Positions 21,198 to 32,562 are shown, numbered from the stretch's first letter. The stretch is DNA of 64,000 bases from Terriglobia bacterium (GCA_963695545.1 OY968796.1:1568001-1632000); one strand, 5' to 3'. Made by a program: numbers and translations. Notes: a model not told the origin generated them from the sequence alone.

Positions 21198-22001
21198 TTA
21201 CGGCAGATAGGGATGCGCGTCGGTGCTTTCGACGAACTTACGCAAGGCTTCCATCACTGCTGGCCGGCCGAACAATTCGCAAAAAATCTCCGTTTCGCGC
21301 CGCAATTCCTCGAGCGGAATTGGTTTCGCAAATTTCTTGCAGACCGCGCTGGTGTGCCGGTCGTATTTCAGCACTTGCGCCGCGGTGGTGCGCGCGAGAC
21401 GCAGGGCTTCGCCTTCGGCGGCCACTTGGCTTACGAGGCCGACGGACTGCGCCTTCGCCGCGTTGATGCTGCGGCCGGTGAAGAGCAGATCGCGAACGAC
21501 TGCGTTTCCGACGTCGCGCCGCAGCCGCGGGATACCGCCGAAGCCCGGAATGATTCCGAGGCGCAACTCCGGAAACGCGAACCGCGCCATCTTGTCGGCG
21601 ACGATGAGGTCGCACGTCAGAGCCAGCTCGAAGCCGCCGCCGAAGCAGATGCCGTGGACGGCCGCAATCGTCGTGAGGGGCGACGCGTCGATCGAATTCG
21701 CGACGTGGTGGACGCGCAGGATGAACGCGCGCATGCTTTCCGCACGCGCTTGGCCTTCGGTTGCAACCGACAGGCGATACAGCTCGCGTAAATCGCCGCC
21801 GGCGGAAAATCCTTCTTTGCGGCTGCTGTAAATGATCAGCGCCGCCGCATGCGATTCGAGTTCCGGCAGCGCATGCACCAGGCGCTCGAGTTCCTCGAGC
21901 ATCGCCGTGCCGATCTCGTTGCAGGGAGCGTAGTGCAGCTCGACTTCAACGATGCCACCGGAGAGTTTCCAGGAAAGCGTTTTGCCTTTGAAATCATGCA
22001 T
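21198..22001 (-). CDS. Enoyl-CoA hydratase/isomerase family protein
   Basis: FSAGGDL, GGGFELALTCD, FPELRLGIIPGFGG; start taken at MHDFK. Confidence 0.9.
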   Translation of the reverse strand: MHDFKGKTLSWKLSGGIVEVELHYAPCNEIGTAMLEELERLVHALPELESHAAALIIYSSRKEGFSAGGDLRELYRLSVATEGQARAESMRAFILRVHHVANSIDASPLTTIAAVHGICFGGGFELALTCDLIVADKMARFAFPELRLGIIPGFGGIPRLRRDVGNAVVRDLLFTGRSINAAKAQSVGLVSQVAAEGEALRLARTTAAQVLKYDRHTSAVCKKFAKPIPLEELRRETEIFCELFGRPAVMEALRKFVESTDAHPYLP

Positions 22002-22035
22002 GGATTTCGTGTGAATCCCTAATCTCGCGCATCGC

Positions 22036-23715
22036 TCATACGGCCGCGGTTTCGGCTTTCTTTTGATACATGGCTTCAATTTCCGCGCGGAATTGCGCGG
22101 AGATCGCGTCGCGTTTGAGTTTTCCATTTGCGGTCAGCAGTCCGGATTCGATCGTGAAAGCCGCCGGCTCGATGTGCAGCGCGCGAATCTGCTTGTAGTG
22201 CGGCAGCCCGCCATTGATGCGCTCGACTTCCGCTTCCGCCAATCGCCGCTCGATGGGCCCAGCGATGATCGCGGAAAGATAGCCGCGCCCGTTGCCGACC
22301 AAAACGACTTGTGCGGCGCCGGGAACCGAAAGCCGCAAGTCTTCTTCGATTGGCTCGGGCGCGATATTGTGGCCGGAATTCAAAATGATCAGGTTCTTGA
22401 TTCGTCCGACGATCCGCCAGTTGCCGGCTTCGTTGACTTCGCCCTGATCTCCGCTGTGGAACCAGCCTTCGCGCAGAACCTTGGCGGTTTCCTCCGGCCG
22501 ATTCCAATATCCAGGAAAAATATTCGGGCCGCGCACCAGAATTTCCTGGTTCGGGCCGATTTTCATTTCAACGCCAGGGACGGCGGGGCCGACAGCGCCC
22601 GGTTCGACGCGGCGCGGATCGTCCATCGTGCAAATGGCGGTCGTTTCCGTGAGGCCGTAGACCTGCAAAACGGGTATGCCCAGCATTTCAAAAAATCGCT
22701 GCGTTTCAGAGGCCAGCGGCGCCGAACCGCAAATCAGCGCGCGCAGATTCGATCCCAGCCGTTTGCGGATCGCAGGAAAGATCACCAGGCGCGCGAGCGC
22801 CAGGCGAAAAGCGCCGCCTCGCGTGCCGCCGCCGGCGGTGCGCGCGAACCATTCTTGTTTTGCGCCTTGATAAGTGCGCAGAATCATCCCGCCGCGTTTT
22901 TTCAGATTGTCTTCGATTCCGGTGCGCATGCGCTCGAGCAGCGTCGGAACGTTCAGGAAATAATCGGGCTCGGCCTTGGGAATGTCGTCGGCCAGACGCG
23001 CGAGATCTGTGGAAAGCGTCAGAACGCTGGGCCGCGACAAACACGAAAGCAGAAGAATCCACGAGCCGGCGAAGCAAAACGGCAAATAGTGAAACACGCG
23101 ATCGGCGCGCCGCGACGGGCCCATCAACAAATCGAGGCGCGCGCCGGTGCAGCTGAGCATGTGATCGAGATTGCGGCAATTCAATTGCACGCCCTTGGCT
23201 TCGCCCGACGTGCCCGACGTGTAGATGATCGTGACGATGTCGCTGGGTGCGAGAGGCGCAAGCGACGGCGTGTCGGCCGAAGCTGGCGCCGAATCGGATG
23301 GCGCGGGACGCGCGAAAATTTCGTCGAACAAAATGCGCCGCGGCGCTTGCGGCCACGCAGCCGCCAGGCCGTCGCCGAGCGCCGCATCGCCCGCGAAAAT
23401 CAGCGTGGGCTGCGCGTCGCGGAGCATGGCTGCCAACTCCGCCGGCGCCTGCCGCGCGTAGAGCGGCACGGTCACGATGCCTTCAGCCATCAGCGCGAGA
23501 TCGAGCGCCACCCAGCGAATGCTGTTCGGCGCGACGATCGCGCAGCGGTCTCCGCGCGAAAGCCCCGCCGCGCGAAGATACGCGCGCGCCTCGGCGGTCA
23601 ATGCCAAAAGCTCGGCGCCAGTGACGGAGACCACGCCTTCGGCACGCGCTTCCCGGAGCACCGGTTGGCCGGCAGCGCGGCGCAAATTCTCGAATATGCG
23701 TTCCAGGAAGGTCAC
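22036..23715 (-). CDS. Second long-chain acyl ligase (AMP-binding)
   Basis: YTSGTSGEAKG, YGLTET, SGDQG, GRIKN; GTG start overlaps the upstream stop. Confidence 0.88.
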   Translation of the reverse strand: MTFLERIFENLRRAAGQPVLREARAEGVVSVTGAELLALTAEARAYLRAAGLSRGDRCAIVAPNSIRWVALDLALMAEGIVTVPLYARQAPAELAAMLRDAQPTLIFAGDAALGDGLAAAWPQAPRRILFDEIFARPAPSDSAPASADTPSLAPLAPSDIVTIIYTSGTSGEAKGVQLNCRNLDHMLSCTGARLDLLMGPSRRADRVFHYLPFCFAGSWILLLSCLSRPSVLTLSTDLARLADDIPKAEPDYFLNVPTLLERMRTGIEDNLKKRGGMILRTYQGAKQEWFARTAGGGTRGGAFRLALARLVIFPAIRKRLGSNLRALICGSAPLASETQRFFEMLGIPVLQVYGLTETTAICTMDDPRRVEPGAVGPAVPGVEMKIGPNQEILVRGPNIFPGYWNRPEETAKVLREGWFHSGDQGEVNEAGNWRIVGRIKNLIILNSGHNIAPEPIEEDLRLSVPGAAQVVLVGNGRGYLSAIIAGPIERRLAEAEVERINGGLPHYKQIRALHIEPAAFTIESGLLTANGKLKRDAISAQFRAEIEAMYQKKAETAAV

Positions 23716-25202
23716 CGCGTTCCTGTCGCCGCGCTTGTCGAACTCGTTGCCGCGCTTGACGTCGCACCGATCGCGTTTGTCGTTGCCGATGCCGCGGGTT
23801 CGTAGGCGTCGATGAGCGCGCGCAGCCCGGGAGAAAGCGGCGGCAAATATTCTTCCCAATGATGCACGCCGGTGCGCACGGGAAATTCCGGATAGCGCGT
23901 ATGCACCTGGCGCTCCAGGAAGACGCCCATGCGCGCCATCACTTTTAGATTGCGCACCACGGTCACGCGAATGGCCTCCCGGATGGAATCTTCGTCGCGC
24001 ACCATCGTCTCCATGGCCTCGATAAGTTTTTCGTGGAGCTGCGGATCGTCCACCGTAAGCATTAGATGATTGTGGCCGCGCTCGCGCATCATGTTGCGGA
24101 TGCGTTCGTCCATCGTGACGCCGACGGAGACCACGCCTGCCGGCATCGAGCTGACGATGCCGTGATAGCGCGAGGAAACCATCCAGCGCGCGCAGCGCAC
24201 GATGCTCACGAGCTGGAACATATCGTAATGATCCGCCGCGAAAATCGGCGCCGGAACCTGCGGCGCGATCGCGTGGCAGGCGCGCTCGTCGAGACTTTCC
24301 ATGGCCACCAAAATGGTGAAAACGTCCTGGCGCGAGCGGAACGCATTCACGGCAATGGCCAGCTCGTCGAGATAGCGCTTGTAGGCGCGATCCACATCTG
24401 CGCCCGATTTGTGAAAATAGATCGTGCGGTAGTGGCTCTCTTTGTACGCCCCGAATAGCGTTCGCGCGAGCCACTTCGGGATCGAGGGTGTCACCGGCCA
24501 CCAGAATGGATTGATCGGGCACACGGCCAGCACGGGTTTGCGGCCGTCCCATCCGGCGTCGATCAACACTTTTCGTCCATATTCCGGGCCGTGCGGCTCG
24601 AAGGTCCATGCGGTATCGGTGCCCAGTTCAGTGGGCACGCCGAGCTCGCTCAATATCGCCTGCGATTCTTCGCTGCGCGGAATCACCAGCGAGCGGCTGC
24701 AATACCGGCGCACCATTTTCTCGAGCATGGGGTCCATCTCGCCGGCATCGCCGCCGTAGCCGACCGAAAGTTTGTTCTGCGCAGCGGCGATTCCAAGCGA
24801 ACCGATCATCATGGTCGTGAGCGCGCTCGCGAATTTGCTCTTGAACATCGAGCCTTCGCACGCCACCACGCCGTGATGTCGCGGCACTTCGCGGCGAAGA
24901 AACGGCGGGAAAATATCGGGCAGATGAACTTGTCGCGCGTCGCCGAAATATCCGCGTGAAAGCTCGAAGTTCTGCGTCATCACGGCGAGTTCCAGGCGCT
25001 CGGCGCCCAGCACCTGGCGCACCTGGCGCAGGATTTCGTGAACGCGCAAATCAGAGCCGGTGTTGCGCGTGCCGTTGTAGCCCGCAAAAAGCAATTTAAG
25101 CGGCTCGCCCGGCTGCCACGGCCGGCCCGCGCCGAGCATCCAGCCAAGCCGCGCCCGCTCGATGATCTCGCTGACCCACACCTCGAGAACGAAATCCATC
25201 AT
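23712..25202 (-). CDS. Polysaccharide pyruvyltransferase-like protein
   Basis: [27 protein letters not shown] match the CsaB-like pattern G..N.GD / R...S / D.A / R.HG. Confidence 0.72.
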   Translation of the reverse strand: MMDFVLEVWVSEIIERARLGWMLGAGRPWQPGEPLKLLFAGYNGTRNTGSDLRVHEILRQVRQVLGAERLELAVMTQNFELSRGYFGDARQVHLPDIFPPFLRREVPRHHGVVACEGSMFKSKFASALTTMMIGSLGIAAAQNKLSVGYGGDAGEMDPMLEKMVRRYCSRSLVIPRSEESQAILSELGVPTELGTDTAWTFEPHGPEYGRKVLIDAGWDGRKPVLAVCPINPFWWPVTPSIPKWLARTLFGAYKESHYRTIYFHKSGADVDRAYKRYLDELAIAVNAFRSRQDVFTILVAMESLDERACHAIAPQVPAPIFAADHYDMFQLVSIVRCARWMVSSRYHGIVSSMPAGVVSVGVTMDERIRNMMRERGHNHLMLTVDDPQLHEKLIEAMETMVRDEDSIREAIRVTVVRNLKVMARMGVFLERQVHTRYPEFPVRTGVHHWEEYLPPLSPGLRALIDAYEPAASATTNAIGATSSAATSSTSAATGTR

Positions 25203-26368
25203 GGGCGGCCACCTCCACCAATCGAATGCGCCGGCGCGATCTGCGCGGCCGGCCAGGGCCCGGACCAATCGCGGTAAGGATACGAGAAACGGTGCTCCAC
25301 ACTAAAGCGAAACAATGGATGGCAGTAGGTTGAAAACGGAGCGGGGGCGCGACCCATTTCCGCGACCACGCGCGTGTTGTCGAATACCGTGTTCCACGTG
25401 AGATACGGCCAAAAAACTTTCAGCAACGACGCGCCGCGGCCGATTCCGCTTCGCGATCGAGCGAGGCGCGTGATCAGTCCGTTCGCCGGCGATTCAAGGC
25501 CAGGCCAATAGACCGGCGGCATTTTTCCCGCGGCGCGCGAAAGCGTGCTCGTCAATTGGCGGAACGTTTCGGAGCCAGTGCCGGAAGAAAGATGATAAAT
25601 CTCGTGCTCGGGCCGCGGCTTCTGGTGCAGCGCGACGACGGAATCGGCCACGTAATCCACCGGAACGATATCGATGCGGTCGTCGGGGCGAAACGGCAGC
25701 ACCGGCAATCGCGCCAGAAAAACGAACGCGCGCACCATGTCGAACTGCGTGGTCTCAGGCCTGCGGCTATCTCCCAGCACGATGCTGGGCCGAAAAACCG
25801 TGCGCGGAACATCGGGCAACAATTCGCGCACCATGTGCTCGCAGAATTTTTTGGTGCGCGCGTAGGGATCGTAGTCCGAACGATTCCAATCGATTGAGGC
25901 GTCCTCGGTGACGATTTCGCGATTGCGCTCGCCGCACACGGCCACGGTACTGATTTCGCTGAAGCGCCGCAGCCCGTGGCCCGCGGCCGCGCGCCGCGCA
26001 AGCTGGATGACTTCGAGCGTGCCGCGAAGATTTACGTTCAGGCAGGTTTTCTCGGATTTGCGATTGAGCGAAGCCGCGCAGTGGATCACGGAATCGGTGG
26101 TGTCCGTAAGCCGGCGATAATCGGCGTCGTCCAGGCCGAAGTGCGCGTCGGTCAAATCGCCGCGAAAAATAGCGATGCGCGTGGCAAGCGCTTCGGCGAA
26201 CGCGTCGCGCTCCATATGCAATTGCAGCGCGCGCCAAAGCTTGCCGGATGCATCCGGCGAATCTTTCGCGCGCACCAGCACGTTCAAGCGCTCGTCGTGC
26301 CGCTCGAGCAGGCGCGCCGCGATGTGCCCGCCGATGTAGCCGGTCGAGCCGGTCAGGAAGAGGGCCAT
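25199..26368 (-). CDS. Extended SDR, thioester/fatty acyl reductase-like
   Basis: [31 protein letters not shown]. Confidence 0.85.
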   Translation of the reverse strand: MALFLTGSTGYIGGHIAARLLERHDERLNVLVRAKDSPDASGKLWRALQLHMERDAFAEALATRIAIFRGDLTDAHFGLDDADYRRLTDTTDSVIHCAASLNRKSEKTCLNVNLRGTLEVIQLARRAAAGHGLRRFSEISTVAVCGERNREIVTEDASIDWNRSDYDPYARTKKFCEHMVRELLPDVPRTVFRPSIVLGDSRRPETTQFDMVRAFVFLARLPVLPFRPDDRIDIVPVDYVADSVVALHQKPRPEHEIYHLSSGTGSETFRQLTSTLSRAAGKMPPVYWPGLESPANGLITRLARSRSGIGRGASLLKVFWPYLTWNTVFDNTRVVAEMGRAPAPFSTYCHPLFRFSVEHRFSYPYRDWSGPWPAAQIAPAHSIGGGGRP

Positions 26369-28824
26369 GTGGCGTTGGAAACGGGAGCGGATCCCGCGGG
26401 GCCGGGACCGCTAAGCGGCGCGGACGAGTCGGCGCCGGAATCGGGCTCACCGCCCAATCGGAACTGGCGCCGCGGCGTCGGCTCGGGCGCGCGGCCTTCG
26501 ATCAGCGGATAAACCCACTTTCGCAGAGCGGGAATGTGAATCTGAATCCAATATTCCCACCAGTCGATCGAACGCGGCTCGTAACCAAACACAGCGCGCT
26601 CGGATTCCGGCAGCTCGGCCGAAAGCAATTCGACGTTATCGCACTCGAATACCTGCTCGTTGTGCAGGATGAACGGCTCGTACAATTCGATCAGCTTTTC
26701 CACGCGCGCGAGGTCGCGCTCCTGGCGGGCCAGCGGCGGCTTCTTGAATTGCAGCGCCGAGGCCGCGCGATTGATGCCTTTCACCACAGCCTTCTGTGCC
26801 GGCACGGAAAGTTTCTGATAGCGATTCTTGGAAACCGGGATGGTTTCAAATCGCAGACGCATCCAGTGTTCCAGTCCCTGCTGCGCGCGGTAATGCTTAC
26901 GGTGTGCAAGGCCGGTGAGTTCGATCGAGCGACCCATATCGCACGGGTTGGCGGCGGACGTGGCCAGTTGATAAAGCGGCGCGTTGCGGCGCAGCACCAG
27001 AGCCGCGGCGATCAGCGTCATACCGTGGCACACCATGTCGACGGGAATGATGTCCAGGCACTTGCGCGCGTTGGTCGGCAACTGGCGAAAATATGTTCCG
27101 AGCAGATAAGAGAGCGGCGCCGACGTATTGATCCCTTCGTTCCAGCCGGAGAAAGGCTCCGCGGTCGAGGTCTCGACGATCGATGGCCGCACGACTGCAA
27201 TCGGCAGGCCTGCGCCGCGCCGCACGATCAGCGATTCGGCCAGGCTCTTTGTGAACGTGTAGGTGTTGGGCCAGCCCAGATGCCGCGCGCGCCGCGTGCC
27301 GGCGCGCGTCAGGCGATTGCGCAGCCAGCGCGTGCGGTTTTTGCGAATTTGCGTTTCGAGTTCCGCGCCCGGAGGCAGCGCAGTCTGGCGCCGCCGGCCC
27401 AGCACCTGGCGCTCGAGCGCGCCGCGCAGCTCCGGGCTTTCCGAGCGCGCTTCCGCGTTGCGCACCAACTCGCGGAGCTGCTGCCATTCCTGCTCGGCGT
27501 TGAAATCCTCCACGCCCACCGGCGTGTAATTGGGCGTCAATTCTTCGCTGACGCGGCCATCGCGCCCGCCCACGGCGTAACACGTGGAAAGATGCATCAA
27601 CGCGGCGTGACCCGATTCGCGCACAAACTCGATCACGTTGGCCACGGCCTCGACGTTGCTCGCGAGCGCTTCGCGCAGATCGGGATTGAAATCCGTGAGC
27701 CCCGAACTATTCACCACCACGTCCAGCGTGCGCGCGAGACGCTCGCGCACTTCGGGCGCCAAGCCCAGGCCGGGTTTCCCGACGTCGCCCTCGACGACCT
27801 CGACGTGCTCGCGCAGAAATTCCGCAAAGTTCGCGCCCAGTTTCTCTTCGAGCGGCTCGAAAACCGGAGATTCCTCGGCGATTTTCTCGAAGCGCCGCTC
27901 GGCCGTTGTGCTGCGTTGCCGGCGCACCAGCAGCGAAATCTTGCCGATTTCCGGCAGATTGATCAGCAGGTGCTCGAGCCACACTTTGCCGATGAAGCCC
28001 GTGACGCCGATGAGCAGAACGTGTTTGCCGGCCAGCGCACGGCGCACGGAGAGCGGCTCGACGCGCGTCTTCGGGCCAAACATCACGACCGGCAGATGAT
28101 TCGCAGGCGCGGGCCGCGCCGCTGGCCGGATGGCGTCGCGCATTTGTTCGGCGCCGATCAATCCGGTGGAAGTTGACTTCGTGCGCAACCCTCGGGCCAC
28201 GCGCTCGGCGTCCCATCGCCCGTCGGGTTTTCGGCCGCCGAAAATCGCCGACGGCCCGCGCGGCAAAACAATCGGATCGAGCAATCGGCCGGTCGCGACG
28301 CCGTCGCGAAATTCCAAGCGATTCGAGATGATTCGGTCAACGCCGAGATGTTGCGCAAGCGGCCGCATGATGTGGTCAAGCGCCTGGCTGACGAGCACTA
28401 CATCGCCATGCTGCTCGATAATTTTCTGGAGTTGCGCCACGCCGGCGGGACGCAAGAGCGGCTTCAGCACGTATTCAAAATATTCTTCGCCGAGCAGATC
28501 CAGTCGATCGCGGCTGATTCCAGCCAGAAGCGTGTGCACCACGCGTGTGGCGAAAACGCGATTCACAGCGTAGAGCAGCGGACGCAGCAAGCTCAATAGC
28601 AGCGTGGCCGCGTGGCGCGCCCAGCGCTGGGCAAAACTCTGCGCGTTCCACGCGAGATAGGTGATCGCGCGGAGCGAGTTCAGGTCCAGCAGGCTGCCCT
28701 CGACGCGCCAGTAGGTTGGCGAGGGCGCCGTCTCCGGCGGGCCTGCAGACGCAGCGCCCGAGGCGCGGGGCCCCCGGCCGTTGGACCGTTCAGAATGCCC
28801 GGATTGTGTGTCGGATTGACTCAA
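26353..28824 (-). CDS. Degenerate HAD-IB domain fused to fatty acyl-CoA reductase
   Basis: N-terminal HAD-IB-like region ([26 protein letters not shown]); FAR domain [39 protein letters not shown]...HIP. Confidence 0.85.
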   Translation of the reverse strand: MSQSDTQSGHSERSNGRGPRASGAASAGPPETAPSPTYWRVEGSLLDLNSLRAITYLAWNAQSFAQRWARHAATLLLSLLRPLLYAVNRVFATRVVHTLLAGISRDRLDLLGEEYFEYVLKPLLRPAGVAQLQKIIEQHGDVVLVSQALDHIMRPLAQHLGVDRIISNRLEFRDGVATGRLLDPIVLPRGPSAIFGGRKPDGRWDAERVARGLRTKSTSTGLIGAEQMRDAIRPAARPAPANHLPVVMFGPKTRVEPLSVRRALAGKHVLLIGVTGFIGKVWLEHLLINLPEIGKISLLVRRQRSTTAERRFEKIAEESPVFEPLEEKLGANFAEFLREHVEVVEGDVGKPGLGLAPEVRERLARTLDVVVNSSGLTDFNPDLREALASNVEAVANVIEFVRESGHAALMHLSTCYAVGGRDGRVSEELTPNYTPVGVEDFNAEQEWQQLRELVRNAEARSESPELRGALERQVLGRRRQTALPPGAELETQIRKNRTRWLRNRLTRAGTRRARHLGWPNTYTFTKSLAESLIVRRGAGLPIAVVRPSIVETSTAEPFSGWNEGINTSAPLSYLLGTYFRQLPTNARKCLDIIPVDMVCHGMTLIAAALVLRRNAPLYQLATSAANPCDMGRSIELTGLAHRKHYRAQQGLEHWMRLRFETIPVSKNRYQKLSVPAQKAVVKGINRAASALQFKKPPLARQERDLARVEKLIELYEPFILHNEQVFECDNVELLSAELPESERAVFGYEPRSIDWWEYWIQIHIPALRKWVYPLIEGRAPEPTPRRQFRLGGEPDSGADSSAPLSGPGPAGSAPVSNATWPSS

Positions 28825-28973
28825 ATCTGAGTCCCAAGCCGCACGAGCAGAAAATTATACGAGTTCACGGGAAGGAACGAAATTAGCACTCTCACGCAGC
28901 GTAGGCAAGGGGCCTAAGGCGAAGACATGGCGAACAAGTCCCCGGGGCCCCCGTCTGGCGTCTGGCCGCGCCT

Positions 28974-30149
28974 TTAGGCGTCGGCCTTGCGGGCCGCGGA
29001 CTGCTGTTTCAAGGTCGCGCCAAGCTCGGCGTTCAAGAGTTCACCGAATCGAACGCAGCCGACCAGTTGGCCGGAGGGCTCGGCAATGTCCGCGGTGCGG
29101 AATCCCCGTTCAAGGACGCGGTCGAGCGCCGATTCAATCGCGGCGGCCTCGTTCGTAAGGCCCAGGCTTTCCCCGAGCAGCATCGCCGCCGAAAGGATTG
29201 AGCCAATCGGGTCGGCCACGTCTTTACCCGCCAGCGTGGGCGCTGAACCGTGAATGGGCTCGTAGAGCGAGGGGCCCGAGCCCAGGCTCATTGACGGGAT
29301 CAGGCCGATCGAGCCGACCAGTGCCGCCGCGCCGTCGCTCAGAATATCGCCGAACATATTCGAGGTCACGATCACGTCGAATTGCGATGGCGCCAGCACC
29401 AATTGCATGGCCGCGTTGTCCACGTAAAGGTGCTCGAGCTTTACGTCCGGGTGCCGCGCCGCCAAACGCGTCACCGTGCGCCGCCACAACGCCGAGCTTG
29501 TGAGCACGTTGGCCTTGTCCACCGAGGCCAGCCGCCGCGTGCGCGCTTCGGCGCGCGCAAATGCGTATTGCGCCACGCGTTCGATCTCGGGTGTGGTGTA
29601 GGTCTCCACGTCCCAGGCGCGCTCCACACCGTCGACGGTCTCGTGGCCGTGCTCGCCGAAATAAATTCCGCCCGCGAGTTCGCGCACGATTTCGATATCG
29701 ATCGAGCGCGCTCGCTCCGGCCGCAGCGGCGAAATTCCGGCCAGCGCCGCGCGCAGCCGAATCGGCCGCAGATTGATGTAAAGCCCCAGGCCCTTGCGCA
29801 GCGCGAGAAGTCCTGACTCGGGCCGCTTGCCAGAGGGCCGCGTGTCCCAGCGCGGTCCGCCGACCGCGCCCAGCATGATCGCGTCGGCTTCAAGGCAAGC
29901 CGCGAGCGTGGTGGCAGGCAGCGGCTCGCCGTCGGCTTCGATTCCGGCGCCGCCGAAGGGCAGCTCGGTGAAATCGAAATTTAGTCCGCTCTCGGAAGCG
30001 CAAGTTCGCAAGACGTCGGCGGCCACGCGCGTCACTTCCGGGCCGATGCCGTCGCCCGGCAAGAGCACGATTTTCTTGGGTCGCACAGAGGCTTTCGGTT
30101 TCGCGCTGAGGGCCGCGCTTGGGCTTGCGCTGATGGTTTGCGCGGTCAT
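28974..30149 (-). CDS. leuB: 3-isopropylmalate dehydrogenase
   Basis: [43 protein letters not shown]. Confidence 0.95.
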   Translation of the reverse strand: MTAQTISASPSAALSAKPKASVRPKKIVLLPGDGIGPEVTRVAADVLRTCASESGLNFDFTELPFGGAGIEADGEPLPATTLAACLEADAIMLGAVGGPRWDTRPSGKRPESGLLALRKGLGLYINLRPIRLRAALAGISPLRPERARSIDIEIVRELAGGIYFGEHGHETVDGVERAWDVETYTTPEIERVAQYAFARAEARTRRLASVDKANVLTSSALWRRTVTRLAARHPDVKLEHLYVDNAAMQLVLAPSQFDVIVTSNMFGDILSDGAAALVGSIGLIPSMSLGSGPSLYEPIHGSAPTLAGKDVADPIGSILSAAMLLGESLGLTNEAAAIESALDRVLERGFRTADIAEPSGQLVGCVRFGELLNAELGATLKQQSAARKADA

Positions 30150-30179
30150 GTGCGGGTTCGGAGTGTCGGTCGCCGCGGC

Positions 30180-31376
30180 CTAGGAAGCCGCGCGCGCGTC
30201 GTCGGGCAGCGTGGTGAAAATTCGCTTGCGAATCACTTCGTGCGCGATGGCCAGCAAGTCGCGCTGCTTTACGTGTTTGGATTCATCGGCCAGCGCATTG
30301 ACGCGGCGATAGCATTCGGCCAGCTCTTCATCGGTCGGCTCATAGCCGAATTCTTTCAGATTGGCGCGCAGCGCATTGCGTCCGGAATGTTTGCCCACCA
30401 CAAGTTGCCGCGAGGGCACGCCCACCGCTTCCGGCGAAAGAATTTCATACGTGAGCGGATTTTTCAGAATGCCGTCCTGATGAATCCCGGCCTCGTGGGC
30501 AAACGCATTCGCGCCGACCACGGCTTTGTTTGGAGGCACGGAAACGCCCGTGACTTCGCTCAACATGCGGCTGGTGGCGTAGAGTTTCTCAAGGTTCAGA
30601 TTCGTTTTTACGCCGAAGCTTACCGAGCGCACGGCCAGCGCCGCGGCGATTTCTTCCAGCGACGCATTGCCGGCTCGCTCGCCGATTCCATTGATCGTGC
30701 ATTCCACCTGACGCACGCCCGCGCGAACCGCCGCCAGTGAATTCGCCACGCCCAATCCCAAATCGTTGTGGCAATGCGCGCTCCAGGTGATTCCAGCGGG
30801 ATCGCCCAAGCGTTCGCGCACGCTCGTGAACATTGCGGCGTATTCTTCGGGAACAGCGTAGCCAACCGTGTCCGGCAGATTGATCACCGTCGCGCCGGCG
30901 CGGATGGCCGCTTCTACCGTTTGCGCCAGAAATTCCAAATCGCTGCGGCTCGCGTCTTCGGCGGAAAATTCCACTTCCTCGCAATGTTTCCGGCCGTAGG
31001 ACACCATCGTGGAGATGGCTTCAAGCGCCTGCTCGCGCGAAAGGCGCAGCTTGTGATGCAAATGCAGATCGGAGGTGGCGAGGAAAATGTGCAGGCGCGC
31101 ATGCCGCGCCGGAGCCAGCGCCTCAAGCGCCGCGTCCACGTCCTCCCGGCGCGCTCGCGCCAGCGCCGCTACGCGGCAGGTCGTGATCTCCGACGCGATC
31201 GTCCGTACCGCGTCAAGATCCCCACGCGAAGCGATCGGAAACCCGCCCTCGATCACATCCACGCCCAAATCCGCCAGTTGACGCGCCAGGCGCAGCTTCT
31301 CCGGCACGGTCATCGAAAAGCCGGGCGATTGTTCTCCGTCGCGCAGCGTGGTGTCGAAGATTTGAATGTGGTCCAT
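30180..31376 (-). CDS. leuA: 2-isopropylmalate synthase, short form
   Basis: FDTTLRDGEQSPG, HCHNDLG, GERAGNA, HEAGIHQDG; about 398 aa, no C-terminal regulatory domain. Confidence 0.88.
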   Translation of the reverse strand: MDHIQIFDTTLRDGEQSPGFSMTVPEKLRLARQLADLGVDVIEGGFPIASRGDLDAVRTIASEITTCRVAALARARREDVDAALEALAPARHARLHIFLATSDLHLHHKLRLSREQALEAISTMVSYGRKHCEEVEFSAEDASRSDLEFLAQTVEAAIRAGATVINLPDTVGYAVPEEYAAMFTSVRERLGDPAGITWSAHCHNDLGLGVANSLAAVRAGVRQVECTINGIGERAGNASLEEIAAALAVRSVSFGVKTNLNLEKLYATSRMLSEVTGVSVPPNKAVVGANAFAHEAGIHQDGILKNPLTYEILSPEAVGVPSRQLVVGKHSGRNALRANLKEFGYEPTDEELAECYRRVNALADESKHVKQRDLLAIAHEVIRKRIFTTLPDDARAAS

Positions 31377-31477
31377 TTTGGTGTGTCGCGAGCGCCCAAG
31401 GGCGCCGTGTACCCGGTCGAGGTGTGTAGTCTGAGGGCGGCCAGACACCAAGTCCAATTTATATTACTTGTAATCCC

Positions 31478-31494
31478 TATAAGCCTAGATTATA
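31478..31494. promoter_or_regulatory. LysR-type operator TATAA-N7-TTATA
   Basis: Perfect dyad containing T-N11-A between divergent leuA and lysR. Confidence 0.7.
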
Positions 31495-31534
31495 AGACAA
31501 ATGGGGGTCAAAAGCATCTTTTCGAGGAAACTTC

Positions 31535-32503
31535 ATGGATCTCTCTCAATTACAAGTGTTTCTGGCCGTCGCTCAGGAGCGCAGCTTCTCCCGCGCGGCT
31601 GAAAAGCTCTATCGCACCCAGCCTGCCGTCAGCATCGCCGTCCGCAAGCTTGAGGATTCGCTGGGCCAGCCGCTGGTGGTCCGCGGCGCGCGCCAGATCA
31701 AGCTCACCGATGCCGGCGAGCTGCTCAAAGACTACGCCGAGCGCCTGCTGAATCTGCGCGACGAATTGGTGAAGGGCCTCGAAGGTTTGAAGGGCCTCGA
31801 CATCGGCCAGCTTTCGCTCGGCGCCAACGAAAGCGCGATCCACGCCCTGCTGCCGTTTCTCGCCCGATTCCATCAAGCCTATCCCGGCGTGCGCATCGCC
31901 GTGCAGCGCGTTTTTTCGCGCGACATTCCGCGCGAGATTCTCAACTATCGTCTCGATCTCGGCGCCGTCTCCTACGTGCCGCAGGACCCGAAGCTCCAGG
32001 CCGTCGAAATCCTGCGCGACGAGCTAACGCTGGTCGTGCCGCCGAATCATCGCCTGGCGAAGAAAAAAGAAGTGGATTTGTCGGAGCTCGCTTCGGAAAC
32101 TTTCGTCGCGCACATCGTCGATTCGCCCTACCGCAGCGGCGTGATGCAAATGTTCGCGCGCCACAATGTTCCGCTGCACATGGATTTCGAGCTGCCCACG
32201 ATCGAATCGATCAAGCGCTTCGTCGAGATGGGCATGGGCGTGGCCATCGTGCCGCGCATGTGCGTCGAATGGGACATCGATCGCGGCCGTCTGGCCGAAG
32301 TGCGCGTCAAGCAAATGAAGTTGCCGCGCCATCTCTACATCGTATCGCGCCGCGGCTCGCGCCTTTCCCACGCCGCGCTCGGACTGATGAAGCTGCTGAA
32401 GCCGGGAACTCCGCCGGCGGCAGAAGCCTCGAACGGATCAAACGGCGCGTCGCCCGCGGCGGAGAAACCCGCAAAGAAAAAAGAGACCTCGCGCTCGGCC
32501 TGA
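31535..32503 (+). CDS. LysR family transcriptional regulator
   Basis: SFSRAAEKLYRTQPAVS HTH; substrate-binding domain. Confidence 0.95.
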   Translation: MDLSQLQVFLAVAQERSFSRAAEKLYRTQPAVSIAVRKLEDSLGQPLVVRGARQIKLTDAGELLKDYAERLLNLRDELVKGLEGLKGLDIGQLSLGANESAIHALLPFLARFHQAYPGVRIAVQRVFSRDIPREILNYRLDLGAVSYVPQDPKLQAVEILRDELTLVVPPNHRLAKKKEVDLSELASETFVAHIVDSPYRSGVMQMFARHNVPLHMDFELPTIESIKRFVEMGMGVAIVPRMCVEWDIDRGRLAEVRVKQMKLPRHLYIVSRRGSRLSHAALGLMKLLKPGTPPAAEASNGSNGASPAAEKPAKKKETSRSA

Positions 32504-32524
32504 CGGAATTCCAGCATCGCCCAC

Positions 32525-32562
32525 AAAAACAAAAAGGCCCGCCGGATAAATCCGGCGGGCCT
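32525..32562 (-). terminator. Rho-independent terminator downstream of 16S rRNA
   Basis: 12-bp perfect stem AGGCCCGCCGGA/TCCGGCGGGCCT followed by T-runs on the minus strand. Confidence 0.85.

Noticed and set aside
23716..24609. Long N-terminal extension of the 857-aa ligase ORF
   Set aside because: Overlaps the pyruvyltransferase-like gene in another frame; a coupled GTG start at 23715 fits better
28883..28909. CIRCE (HrcA) operator
   Set aside because: Left half TTAGCACTC is perfect but the right half matches only 4/9
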